Origin: an uncultured Actinomycetota bacterium
Lineage (GTDB): Bacteria > Actinomycetota > Actinomycetes > Mycobacteriales > CAVVZQ01
Direction: 5' to 3'
DNA: 64,000 bases
Assembly (NCBI GenBank): GCA_963752715.1
Contig: CAVVZQ010000007.1
Coordinates: 456,215-520,214, forward strand
In this document: positions 55,948 through 64,000 of the stretch, in pieces
Position numbering within the stretch: position 1 is the stretch's first letter
How the letters are laid out: each line of letters begins with the position of its first letter
Notes under the pieces: model-generated
Told to the model about the DNA's origin: nothing
Seen by the model: the letters and a program-made list of their open reading frames with translations, nothing else
Database searches by the model: none
Program-made: the position numbers and the translations under genes

Positions 55948-58020
55948 TCAGGTGTTGTCCCACTCGCCGATCTTGCGTGCCCCCAGGCTGCGGGACACCA
56001 GGTCCACCGCCGCCTGCTCCGGGTCGGTGATCGTGTCGTGCTGGGGGTCGCCCTCCCCGTCGGAGTCGATGCCGGACCGGGCCGAGGGAAGCGAGCCCTC
56101 CGACGGTCCAACCGAGGCCTGCCCACCCTCCCGGGTCGAGGGTTCCCGACCCCGACGGTTCGGTGTGGCCGACGGACCGGAGGCCTGGCTCCCACCATCG
56201 GGAGGACTCCCGCCAGCAGTGCGACCGCCCTCGCCGGGGGTGTCTGCGCACGTGACCGTGACGTCGATGCCGAGCACGTCGAGGAGCGCTTCCCGCAGGT
56301 GGATGTCGTTGCCCCCGCTGCTGAAGCCCAGCCGCGAGCCGGAGGAGCGAAAGCCCAGCGTCAGCTCCGTCGGCGTCAGCGACAGTGGGGTCGCGTTGTC
56401 GCTGAGCACCATCCAGGCGAACCGCTTGCGCCGCTTGACCGCTTCGAGGACGTCCGGCCACAGTCGTCGCAGCGTCGCGAGGTCCATGGTTCCCGGGGGG
56501 TGGGTGGGCTCGGCACCGCCGGAAGGCTCGGCAACGGAAGGCTCGGAGCGTGCGGTGACACCGGCGCGGGTGGCACCCGGTTCCTGCCGGGTCTGCGGGG
56601 TCTGCCGGGTCTGCGGGGTCGGCGGGGTCTGCGGGGTCGGCGAGTCGGGGACCTCCCAGGAGGAGTGCGCGGGTGCCGCGGACGTCGGTGCGGCAGGCGC
56701 AGCCACAGCCGCAGCCGGTGCCGCAGGCGCGGCCGGTGCCACAGGTTCGGCGGGCGTCGGCGCGACCGGTGCGGCCGGTGCAGCCGGGACGGCCGGGGCA
56801 GGCTGAGTACCGATCTCCAGCCGTCGCTCCAGCCGTTCCAGCCGCTGCAGCACGGCATGGTCGGAGCTGCTGACCGCCGGCAGGAGCAGGCGCGCGCAGA
56901 TGAGCTCCAGCACGAGGCGAGGAGAGGTGGTGCCCTTCATCTCCACCAGGCCTTCGTGCACGGTGTCCGCATGGCGCGAGAGCGTTGCCTGCCCGAGCCG
57001 CGCGGCGGAGTCCACCAGCCGGCTCAGCCGGTCCGCGGGCGCGTCGATCAGGCCACGGGCCACCGCGTCCGGGACGGCGTTGACCAGGATCAGGTCCCGC
57101 AGGCGCTGGAGCAGGTCCGCGGCGAAGCGCCGCGGATCGATACCGGCCTCCACAACCCGCTCCACGGACTCGAAGACCGCCGCCCCGTCGCCCGCAGCCA
57201 GGCCCTCGACCACCTCGTCGAGCAGCGCCTCGTCGGTGACACCCAGCAGCCGTACCGCCTCGTCGTACTCCACAGTTCCGGACTCCGCGCCGCTGACGAG
57301 CTGGTCCAGCACCGACAGCGAGTCCCGGACGCTGCCCGCGCCCGCCCGCACCACCAGGGAGAGGACCCGCTCGTCGACCACCACGCCCTCGGCCTCGCAG
57401 ATCGTGCTGAGGTGGGCCCGCAGCGCACCGGGTGGGACGAGCCGGAACGGGTAGTGGAAGGTCCGTGACCGGATCGTGGGGATGACCTTCTCGGGCTCCG
57501 TCGTGGCAAAGACGAAGACGAGGTAGTCGGGCGGCTCCTCGACCAGCTTGAGCAGCGCGTTGAAGCCACTCTTGCTGATCATGTGAGCCTCGTCGATCAC
57601 ATAGACCTTGAAACGGGAGCTCACCGGGCCGTAGGCGGCTCGCTCGCGCAGCTCCCGGGTCTCCTCGACACCGCCGTAGGAGGCCGCATCGATCTCCACC
57701 ACGTCCAGCGAGCCTGGCCCGTCCGAGGCCAGCGCCCGACAGGACTCACACGTCCCGCAGGGCGTCGGAGTCGGGCCGTTCTCGCAGTTCAGCGAGCGCG
57801 CCAGGATGCGGGCGCTGGAGGTCTTGCCGCAGCCACGAGGACCGGAGAACAGGTACGCGTGGTGCGTCCGGCCGGTACGCAGCGCCCGCGCCAGCGGCTC
57901 GGTGACGTGGTCCTGGCCGATCACCTCGTCGAAGGTGCTGGGCCGGTAGCGACGGTAGAGAGCCTCGTTGCGTGAGCGCTCCGGCGGCTCCGCCTCGAGT
58001 CCGGCCAGCTGCTCCGACAT
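55948..58020 (-). CDS. dnaX: DNA polymerase III subunits gamma/tau
   Basis: LFSGPRGCGKTS, Zn module CENGPTPTPCGTCESC and a Pro/Ala/Thr-rich repeat linker. ATG at 58020 chosen over the track start at 58107, which would lie inside the SRP RNA. Confidence 0.95.
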   Translation of the reverse strand: MSEQLAGLEAEPPERSRNEALYRRYRPSTFDEVIGQDHVTEPLARALRTGRTHHAYLFSGPRGCGKTSSARILARSLNCENGPTPTPCGTCESCRALASDGPGSLDVVEIDAASYGGVEETRELRERAAYGPVSSRFKVYVIDEAHMISKSGFNALLKLVEEPPDYLVFVFATTEPEKVIPTIRSRTFHYPFRLVPPGALRAHLSTICEAEGVVVDERVLSLVVRAGAGSVRDSLSVLDQLVSGAESGTVEYDEAVRLLGVTDEALLDEVVEGLAAGDGAAVFESVERVVEAGIDPRRFAADLLQRLRDLILVNAVPDAVARGLIDAPADRLSRLVDSAARLGQATLSRHADTVHEGLVEMKGTTSPRLVLELICARLLLPAVSSSDHAVLQRLERLERRLEIGTQPAPAVPAAPAAPVAPTPAEPVAPAAPAAPAAAVAAPAAPTSAAPAHSSWEVPDSPTPQTPPTPQTRQTPQTRQEPGATRAGVTARSEPSVAEPSGGAEPTHPPGTMDLATLRRLWPDVLEAVKRRKRFAWMVLSDNATPLSLTPTELTLGFRSSGSRLGFSSGGNDIHLREALLDVLGIDVTVTCADTPGEGGRTAGGSPPDGGSQASGPSATPNRRGREPSTREGGQASVGPSEGSLPSARSGIDSDGEGDPQHDTITDPEQAAVDLVSRSLGARKIGEWDNT

Positions 58021-58089
58021 CGTCGCCTCACTCACTCGCGGCCCGGGAAGGCCCCGACACCCGGTCCACGGACGCTGTGCAGAGAATGC

Positions 58090-58185
58090 GAGGGGCCTCT
58101 CGTGCACCCGTCAGAGCCCACTTACCCTTGCTGCCTTCCGGCCCTGGGGGAGTTCGCAGGGTGCACGCCGCACGAGAGGCCTTGG
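58090..58185 (-). ncRNA. ffs: Signal recognition particle RNA (small/4.5S type)
   Basis: Minus strand folds as GGCCUCUCGUGC...GCACGAGAGGCC around the domain IV core CAGGGCCGGAAGGCAGCAAGGGUAAG, which carries a GGAA tetraloop. Classic position upstream of dnaX. Ends are accurate to about 5 nt. Confidence 0.8.
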
Positions 58186-58247
58186 GCCAGTGTACGGCGT
58201 GCGGCGAGACTCGGGTACGCCTGTGCATATCCGATACCCTGGCCTGC

Positions 58248-58335
58248 GGAGGATTCGCCTAGTGGCCTAGGGCGCACGCCTGGAGAGCGTGTTGGGGGCA
58301 ACCCCTCGCGGGTTCAAATCCCGCATCCTCCGCCA
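58248..58335 (+). tRNA. tRNA-Ser (anticodon GGA), CCA encoded
   Basis: Acceptor GGAGGAT/ATCCTCC, anticodon arm CACGC-CTGGAGA-GCGTG, long variable arm, T arm GCGGG-TTCAAAT-CCCGC. Confidence 0.9.
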
Positions 58336-58373
58336 CATGAGCTCGAACATGGCGTCCGGACCGGCATGCGGCG

Positions 58374-60311
58374 CTAGCCGCTGCTGTCCGGGCCCAGCCG
58401 CATGGTGCACCACACGTACTTCCCCCCCGAGACCAGACGGGTGCCCCAGCGCTCCGTGAGAGTGCTGACCATCATCAGGCCCCTGCCCCGCTCGTCATCG
58501 TGCTCCGCCAGGCGCGAGACCGGCTGACGGTGGCTCGGGTCGAAGACCTCAATGTGCAGCCTGCGCGGGGTCCGGCGCATCCGTACCGAGACCGGCGCGT
58601 CCGACGCGCGGCGACGGACGTGCACCAGAGCATTGGTGACCAGCTCGTTCGCCACGACCAGGGCGTCCGAGGCGTCCGAGCCGCGTACCCCGAAGGCCTC
58701 GTGCACCTCAGCGATGCGGGCTCGCAGGTCGTGCAGCCCACCGCCTTCCGCGGGAGCGGGCAGGCTTGCCACCTGCCCACCATCGGCACCTGTCACCGCC
58801 GCCAGGAGCAGCGCGACGTCATCCTGCTGCGGACCCCGGGCGAAGCTGTCGATCATGCCGTCGGCAAGCTCGTCGAGGCTGGCGACTGGCTCGACGTCGA
58901 GCCAGTCCACGAGCTGGCGGATCCCCTCGTCGGCGGACCGGCCACGCGTCTCGACCAGCCCGTCGGTGTACAGAGCGAGCACCGAGCCGGGAGCGAAGGG
59001 CTGGGTGTGTCTCCGGTAGGTCATGTCCGGGACCCCCAGCGGTGGGTCGGGCTCCTCGGTGAGTCTCAGGACGGCGTTCTCGGGAGTCTTCACCAGCGGC
59101 GTCGGGTGACCGGCCGCCACCCACTGCAGCTCGCCCTCCCATGGGTCGTAGATCACGTAGACCGCCGTGACCAGCGGCTCCGCCTCCAGACTGGCGACGA
59201 GCTGCGAAGCGTAGCCCATCAGCTGGTCCGGGGGCATGTCCAGGGATGCGTACGCTCGCACCGCGGTCCGTACCTGCCCCATGATGGTGGCCGCCTCGAT
59301 GCCACGGCCCATGACGTCCCCGACGACCAGCGCGACCCGGCCGGCGGACAGCGGGATCACGTCGTACCAGTCCCCCCCGACCTCGACCCCCCGTTCTCCC
59401 GCTACGTACCGCACGCCGAGGGCAAGCTCCTCGACCTCCGGCAGGTACGCAGGCAGCATCGCGCGCTGCAGCATGAGCGAGACGTTGCGGGCCCGGACGA
59501 AGGCCTCGGCCCGCAGGTACTCCGAGGCCCGGGTCGCGGTGACGTCCTGCGTGGTCCCCACGAACTCGACGAGCTCGGATCCGTCGACGACCGGGACGCC
59601 CTTCTTGATCACCCGCCGGTAGCCGCGGGCACGCAGCCCGCTGCGGAACTCCTCGCGGAAGACGGATCCGTCCCGTACGGCGTCCCGCCAGGCCGTCCGT
59701 ACGCGTTCCCGCTCGTCGGGGTGGATCATGTCGAGCCAGCCCCCGTGGCGCAGCCGCTCCACGGCGTCCTCGGGCAGACCGGACCAGGACGTGTCCGAGG
59801 TCATGCGTCCGTCGAGGTCCGCGGTCCACACCTCCAGGCCGGTGGACTCGACCAGTGCCCGGTAGCGGGACTCGGCGCGCCGCAGCAGGCTCTCGGTCAT
59901 CGTGGCGCGCGTCACGTCGACCGCCGCCACCGCGGCACCGGCGATCTCGCCTCGGTCGTCCCGTACCGGGAACCAAGCGGTGTCGAAGACCCGAGGCCAG
60001 CCGGTCTCGGGGTCGACTCCGAACCGGACCTCCTCGTGGCGCAGCGTCTCGCCCTGGTCGAGGACACGGCGCAGCCTGCCGGTGATGCGTTCCATCGCGG
60101 CGCTGACGCGGTCAGCCCCGTCCCGGGAAGGGGGCAGCTTGCGCTGGGCGGCGGCCATCAGCTCGGGGAGCGTGGCCCCGAGCAGCGCCGACTCCGACCC
60201 GGCACCCAGCACGTCGAGGGCCGCCGGGTTCACGTACACGACACGCCAGGCAGGGTCGACGACCAGCATCGCCGCCGGCACCTCGCTGACAAGCACGTCC
60301 GCGGCACGCAA
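58374..60311 (-). CDS. PAS-PAS-PP2C(SpoIIE) phosphatase fused to an RsbW-like HATPase domain
   Basis: 645 aa with two PAS-like segments. PP2C part has GGDWYDV and VVGDVMGRG. C-terminus has ELVTNALVH and DERGRGL. Confidence 0.85.
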   Translation of the reverse strand: MRAADVLVSEVPAAMLVVDPAWRVVYVNPAALDVLGAGSESALLGATLPELMAAAQRKLPPSRDGADRVSAAMERITGRLRRVLDQGETLRHEEVRFGVDPETGWPRVFDTAWFPVRDDRGEIAGAAVAAVDVTRATMTESLLRRAESRYRALVESTGLEVWTADLDGRMTSDTSWSGLPEDAVERLRHGGWLDMIHPDERERVRTAWRDAVRDGSVFREEFRSGLRARGYRRVIKKGVPVVDGSELVEFVGTTQDVTATRASEYLRAEAFVRARNVSLMLQRAMLPAYLPEVEELALGVRYVAGERGVEVGGDWYDVIPLSAGRVALVVGDVMGRGIEAATIMGQVRTAVRAYASLDMPPDQLMGYASQLVASLEAEPLVTAVYVIYDPWEGELQWVAAGHPTPLVKTPENAVLRLTEEPDPPLGVPDMTYRRHTQPFAPGSVLALYTDGLVETRGRSADEGIRQLVDWLDVEPVASLDELADGMIDSFARGPQQDDVALLLAAVTGADGGQVASLPAPAEGGGLHDLRARIAEVHEAFGVRGSDASDALVVANELVTNALVHVRRRASDAPVSVRMRRTPRRLHIEVFDPSHRQPVSRLAEHDDERGRGLMMVSTLTERWGTRLVSGGKYVWCTMRLGPDSSG

Positions 60312-60331
60312 CAGCGGACTTCCCTCGGTGC

Positions 60332-61348
60332 TCAGAGGGTCGATCCGGTGGGCGAGTAGGACGTGAGGGTGGTCAGGTAGTTGGCGCGCTCGAAGCCGGT
60401 CGGGTTCGGGCCGGTGGCCCAGGCAGCGCTGCCTGTCATCTCCGCCACGCTGTCATAGTCGTTGTCGACCATCCACTCCCGCAGGCCGTCCGTCACGGTC
60501 GCGACGTGACCGGGCCCGTGGCGCAGCAGCGCCGAAGTCATCATCGCCACCGTGGCTCCGGCCAGCAGCACCTTCGCGGCCTCCTCCCAGGAGTGGACCC
60601 CTGTGGTCGCCGCGAGCTCCACGTCCACCCGCCCGGAGAGCAGGCCGATCCAGCGCAGGGGCAGGCGCACCTCCTCGGGAGAGGACAGCGTCAGGCGCGG
60701 CGCGGCCTCCAGCGTCTCCAGGTTCAGGTCCGGCTGGTAGAAGCGGTTGAACAGCACGACCGCGTTCGCGCCCGCGTCGGCCAGACGTCCCACCAGGTGC
60801 GGGACGGACGAGTAGAACGGCCCGATCTTGACCGCCAGCGGTACCGAGACAGCCCGCCGCACCGCGGCCACGAGGGAGACCATCTGGTCCTCGATCTGCG
60901 TCCCGGACACCGCCGGATCAGCTGCGAGCTGGTAGGTGTTGAGCTCGACGGCGGCCGCTCCGGCGCTCTCGAGCAGGCTGGCGTAGTGGATCCAGCCCGT
61001 CTCGCTGGTGCCGTTGAGCGAGGCGATCACCGGGATGTCGAGCTCGCCGGTGGCGTCGCGAATGAGGTCCAGGTAGGCGTCGGGCCCCACGTTGTAGTCG
61101 CTCAGCTCCGGGAAGAACGTGGCCGCCTCCCCGAAACCGTCCGCACCGGTCTGCAGCATGCGGTCGATGGCCTGCGACTCCGCGACGATCTGCTCCTCGA
61201 ACAGGCTGGGCAGCACCACCGCCCCGGCTCCGGCCTCCGTCACCTCCCGGAGGAAGTCGATCTCTCCGGTACGGGGACTCGGGGAGGCCACGAGTGGGCT
61301 GGGCAGATGCATGCCCATGTATGTGGTCGAGAAGTCGGGCGCGCTCAC
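60332..61348 (-). CDS. Dihydroorotate-dehydrogenase-like TIM-barrel protein
   Basis: GTG at 61348 in a GTGA overlap with the PFOR stop. FSTTYMGMHLPSPLVASPSP...NTYQL...KIGPFYS. Confidence 0.8.
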   Translation of the reverse strand: MSAPDFSTTYMGMHLPSPLVASPSPRTGEIDFLREVTEAGAGAVVLPSLFEEQIVAESQAIDRMLQTGADGFGEAATFFPELSDYNVGPDAYLDLIRDATGELDIPVIASLNGTSETGWIHYASLLESAGAAAVELNTYQLAADPAVSGTQIEDQMVSLVAAVRRAVSVPLAVKIGPFYSSVPHLVGRLADAGANAVVLFNRFYQPDLNLETLEAAPRLTLSSPEEVRLPLRWIGLLSGRVDVELAATTGVHSWEEAAKVLLAGATVAMMTSALLRHGPGHVATVTDGLREWMVDNDYDSVAEMTGSAAWATGPNPTGFERANYLTTLTSYSPTGSTL

Positions 61349-64000
61349 TGCTCTTCCTCCCCCGCCGGGGCCCAGCGCGAGATGCCGGCGAGCTGCTCGT
61401 AGAGCTTCCATCGGGCGTCGATGTCCTCCTGCGCCTGCCTGTCCAGCACCTCGGCGGCCTCCGGGTCGATACGGCGCAGCACGGCGTACCGTCCCTCGGA
61501 CTGGGACACCTCGGAGAACGGCATCGCAGGCGCTCTCGAGTCCAGGTGCAGCGGCGTCGTCTCGCCGTCGCCGTGCGGACCGGGACGGTACCGGAACAGC
61601 GGCCAGTAGCCGCTCTTGACCAGGTCCTTCTGGTGCGCCATCGACGTGCGCATGTCGATGCCGTGCGCGATGCAGGTCGAGTAGGCGAGGATCAGCGACG
61701 GCCCGGGCCACGCCTCCGCCTCCGTGAACGCCCGTACCGCCTGCACGTCGTTGGCTCCGAGGGCGACCTGGGCGACGTAGACCGACCCGTACGCCATGGC
61801 GATCATGCCGAGATCCTTCTTCGGCGTGCGCTTGCCGGACGTGGCGAACTTGGCCACGGCCCCCCGCGGGGTCGACTTCGACGCCTGGCCGCCCGTGTTG
61901 GAGTAGACCTCGGTGTCCATGACGAGGATGTTCACGTCACGTCCACTGGCCAGGGCGTGGTCGAGACCGCCGAACCCGATGTCGTAGGCCCAGCCGTCAC
62001 CTCCCACGATCCACACGCTGCGGCGGACCAGGTTGGGTGCCAGGGAACGCAGCGAGCGCGCCGCCTCCGCACGATCGGGGCGGGCCAGCTCACCGCGGGC
62101 TTCCAGCTCGTCGAGGCGCGCGAGCAGCTGCGCCGTGCGGTCCCGCTGGGCGGCGATGCCTTCCTCGTCACGGGCGTGGGCCCCCGCGATCAGCCCGGCG
62201 ACCAGCTCGTCACCGAGGACCGATCCCAGCTCGGTCACCAGCCGTACCGCCAGATCCGCTGCGTGGTCCAGCGACATCCGCATCCCGAGGCCGAACTCCG
62301 CGTTGTCCTCGAAGAGCGAGTTGGACCACGCCGGTCCGCGCCCGTCCGGATTACTCCCCCACGGTGTCGTCGGGAGGTTGCCGCCGTAGATCGAGGAGCA
62401 CCCGGTCGCGTTGGCCACCACCGCACGGTCTCCGTACAGCTGCGACATCAGCTTCAGGTACGGAGTCTCCCCGCACCCCGAGCACGCCCCGGAGAACTCG
62501 AACAGCGGCTGCAGCACCTGCGACCCCTTGATGGTGTCCGGCGGCAGCGCCGTGCGGTCCAGCTCGGGGATGCTCAGGAAGTGGGTGAACCGTTCCCGCT
62601 CCACCTCGCGGTGCTCCTCCACCGGCTCGAGGTTGATGGCCTTGTGCCTGGCCTCGCTCTTGCTGCGGGCCGGGCAGACCTCCACGCAGATGCCGCATCC
62701 GGTGCAGTCGTCCGGGGCGACCTGGATGGTCAGCTCGTGACCGGGCAGGTCGCGGGACTTGAACGGCTTGCTCGGGAACCCCTCGGGGGCCTCGGCGTTC
62801 GCCTCCGGCGGGTAGACCTTCATACGGATCGCGGCGTGCGGGCAGACGATCGCGCACTTGCCGCAGTCGATGCAGATCGACGGGTCCCAGATCGGGATCT
62901 CGAGGGCGATCTCGCGCTTCTCGTAGGGAGCGGTCCCGGTCGGGAAGGACCCGTCCGCCGGTAGCGCGCTGACCGGGAGCAGGTCACCCTTGCCGTCGAT
63001 CATCCTGGCGGTCACCCGCTGCACGAAGTCCGGCGCGTCGGACCCCACGAGCTGGCGGCGATGCAGGTCGGAGGTCACACGTCCGGGTACGGGAACCTCC
63101 ACCAGGGAGTCCAGGGCCCGGTCCACCGCGACCTCGTTCATCGCGACCACGACCGCACCCCGGTTGCCGTAGGTCTTCGCGAAGCTGGCCTTCACCAGGC
63201 GCGCGACCTCGTGGGACGGAAGGGCGCCGGAGAGCTTCAGGAAGGCCGGAACCATCACCGAGTTGATCCGCCGCCCCAGGCCGACGTCCTTGGCGATCCG
63301 GTAGGCGTCCACCGACCACAGGCGCAGATCCTTGGCGAGGATCTCCTCCTGCACCTCACGCGGCAGCCGGTCCCAGATCTCCTCGGCCGGGTACGGCGCG
63401 TTCACCAGCACCGTGGCGCCCTGCTCCGCCTCCTCGAGAACCTCCCGCTGTCCGAAGAACGAGAACTGGTGGACGCCCACGAACCCGGCCTTGCGGACCA
63501 GGTAGCTGGAGTCGATCGGCTGCTCGGAGAAGCGCAGGTGGGACACCGTGACCGAGCCGGCCTTGCGGGAGTCGTAGACGAAGTAGCCCTGCGTGTGCCA
63601 GTCCCGCTGGTCGGCGACGATCTTCACGGCCTCCTTGGCCGCGGACACCGTGCCGTCGCTACCCAGGCCGTAGAGCACCACCCGCGCCTCGGCGACGTCG
63701 GTGTCGAAGTCGGGGTCCTCGTTCAGGCTGGTGTGCGTGATGTCGTCCACGATGCCGACCGTGAACCCGTGCCGGGGCGGCGCGGAGCCCGGCCTTCCGT
63801 CCGTCCGGACGTGGTCCAGTGCCGCCTTGATCATCGCCGGCCGCACCTCTTTGCCGCCGAGTCCGTAGCGGCCTCCGGCGACGTGCGGCATGGTCCGCTG
63901 ACCCTGTGCGGCGGCGGCAGCCAGGGCCGCCACCACATCGAGGTAGAGCGGCTCGCCCGGGGCGCCGGGCTCCTTGGTCCGGTCGAGCACCGCAAGGCCG
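61345..64000 (-). CDS. Pyruvate:ferredoxin (flavodoxin) oxidoreductase; 5' end outside the window
   Basis: VLDRTKEPGAPGEPLYLDV. Two 4Fe-4S motifs, CIDCGKCAIVCP and CTGCGICVEVCP. TPP site GGDGWAYDIGFGGLDH. The frame stays open to position 64000. Confidence 0.95.
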   Translation of the reverse strand, partial: GLAVLDRTKEPGAPGEPLYLDVVAALAAAAAQGQRTMPHVAGGRYGLGGKEVRPAMIKAALDHVRTDGRPGSAPPRHGFTVGIVDDITHTSLNEDPDFDTDVAEARVVLYGLGSDGTVSAAKEAVKIVADQRDWHTQGYFVYDSRKAGSVTVSHLRFSEQPIDSSYLVRKAGFVGVHQFSFFGQREVLEEAEQGATVLVNAPYPAEEIWDRLPREVQEEILAKDLRLWSVDAYRIAKDVGLGRRINSVMVPAFLKLSGALPSHEVARLVKASFAKTYGNRGAVVVAMNEVAVDRALDSLVEVPVPGRVTSDLHRRQLVGSDAPDFVQRVTARMIDGKGDLLPVSALPADGSFPTGTAPYEKREIALEIPIWDPSICIDCGKCAIVCPHAAIRMKVYPPEANAEAPEGFPSKPFKSRDLPGHELTIQVAPDDCTGCGICVEVCPARSKSEARHKAINLEPVEEHREVERERFTHFLSIPELDRTALPPDTIKGSQVLQPLFEFSGACSGCGETPYLKLMSQLYGDRAVVANATGCSSIYGGNLPTTPWGSNPDGRGPAWSNSLFEDNAEFGLGMRMSLDHAADLAVRLVTELGSVLGDELVAGLIAGAHARDEEGIAAQRDRTAQLLARLDELEARGELARPDRAEAARSLRSLAPNLVRRSVWIVGGDGWAYDIGFGGLDHALASGRDVNILVMDTEVYSNTGGQASKSTPRGAVAKFATSGKRTPKKDLGMIAMAYGSVYVAQVALGANDVQAVRAFTEAEAWPGPSLILAYSTCIAHGIDMRTSMAHQKDLVKSGYWPLFRYRPGPHGDGETTPLHLDSRAPAMPFSEVSQSEGRYAVLRRIDPEAAEVLDRQAQEDIDARWKLYEQLAGISRWAPAGEEEQ

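Noticed and set aside
55948-58020. Programmed ribosomal frameshift site in dnaX for a gamma subunit.
   Set aside because: I saw no A-AAA-AAG-type slippery heptamer or downstream hairpin on the coding strand. The repeats present are Pro/Ala/Thr linker codons.

Overview
This is a very GC-rich, almost fully coding actinobacterial chromosome segment. Gene order resembles, from memory, the Mycobacterium tuberculosis topA-to-dnaX region.

**Positions 1-7101: degraded integrative element.** It is the right-hand part of an element inserted at the 3' end of tRNA-Thr(CGT). It carries an MNT nucleotidyltransferase with a broken HEPN partner, a pRiA4b-ORF3-like gene and an intact excisionase. Its MobF relaxase has at least 5 frameshifts and its tyrosine integrase has 1.

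**Core genes, in order:**
- PSP1/ricT-like, holB, tmk, an MFS transporter, topA, hppA and a STAS antagonist.
- A DECH-box helicase convergent with a seven-gene ssd-tadA-tadB-tadC-flp-tadE-tadE-like operon.
- A HAD hydrolase, a degenerate Fic-like gene, acs, nhaA, two tandem holin-X-like genes, an epoxide-hydrolase-like gene and DUF309.
- A translationally coupled nth-tlpA-nudix-marP chain.
- crp, convergent with a DUF4177-RidA~Nudix-MBL-cyclase/STAND/TPR operon.
- Two ArsA-like ATPases, whiB, ponA, yqeY and a metallophosphoesterase.
- tRNA-Pro(CGG), yefM/relE, ltrA, asd-ask and recR-ybaB-dnaX.
- SRP RNA, tRNA-Ser(GGA), a PAS-PP2C-HATPase protein, and a DHOD-like gene coupled to a 5'-truncated pyruvate:ferredoxin oxidoreductase.

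I saw no CRISPR array, IS element or rRNA.

**No new multi-gene system.** I could not establish one from sequence alone. The best leads are:
- the structured, homopolymer-loop leader upstream of the ssd/tad operon;
- the helicase/Tad neighbourhood itself;
- the cAMP-centred operon next to crp;
- a RidA-Nudix fusion made through a 3x12-nt tandem repeat;
- a periodic CTGTCT array between dnaX and ybaB;
- back-to-back leaderless TAGGCT promoters.

All domain calls come from motifs I recognised by eye in the supplied translations. No database search was run.
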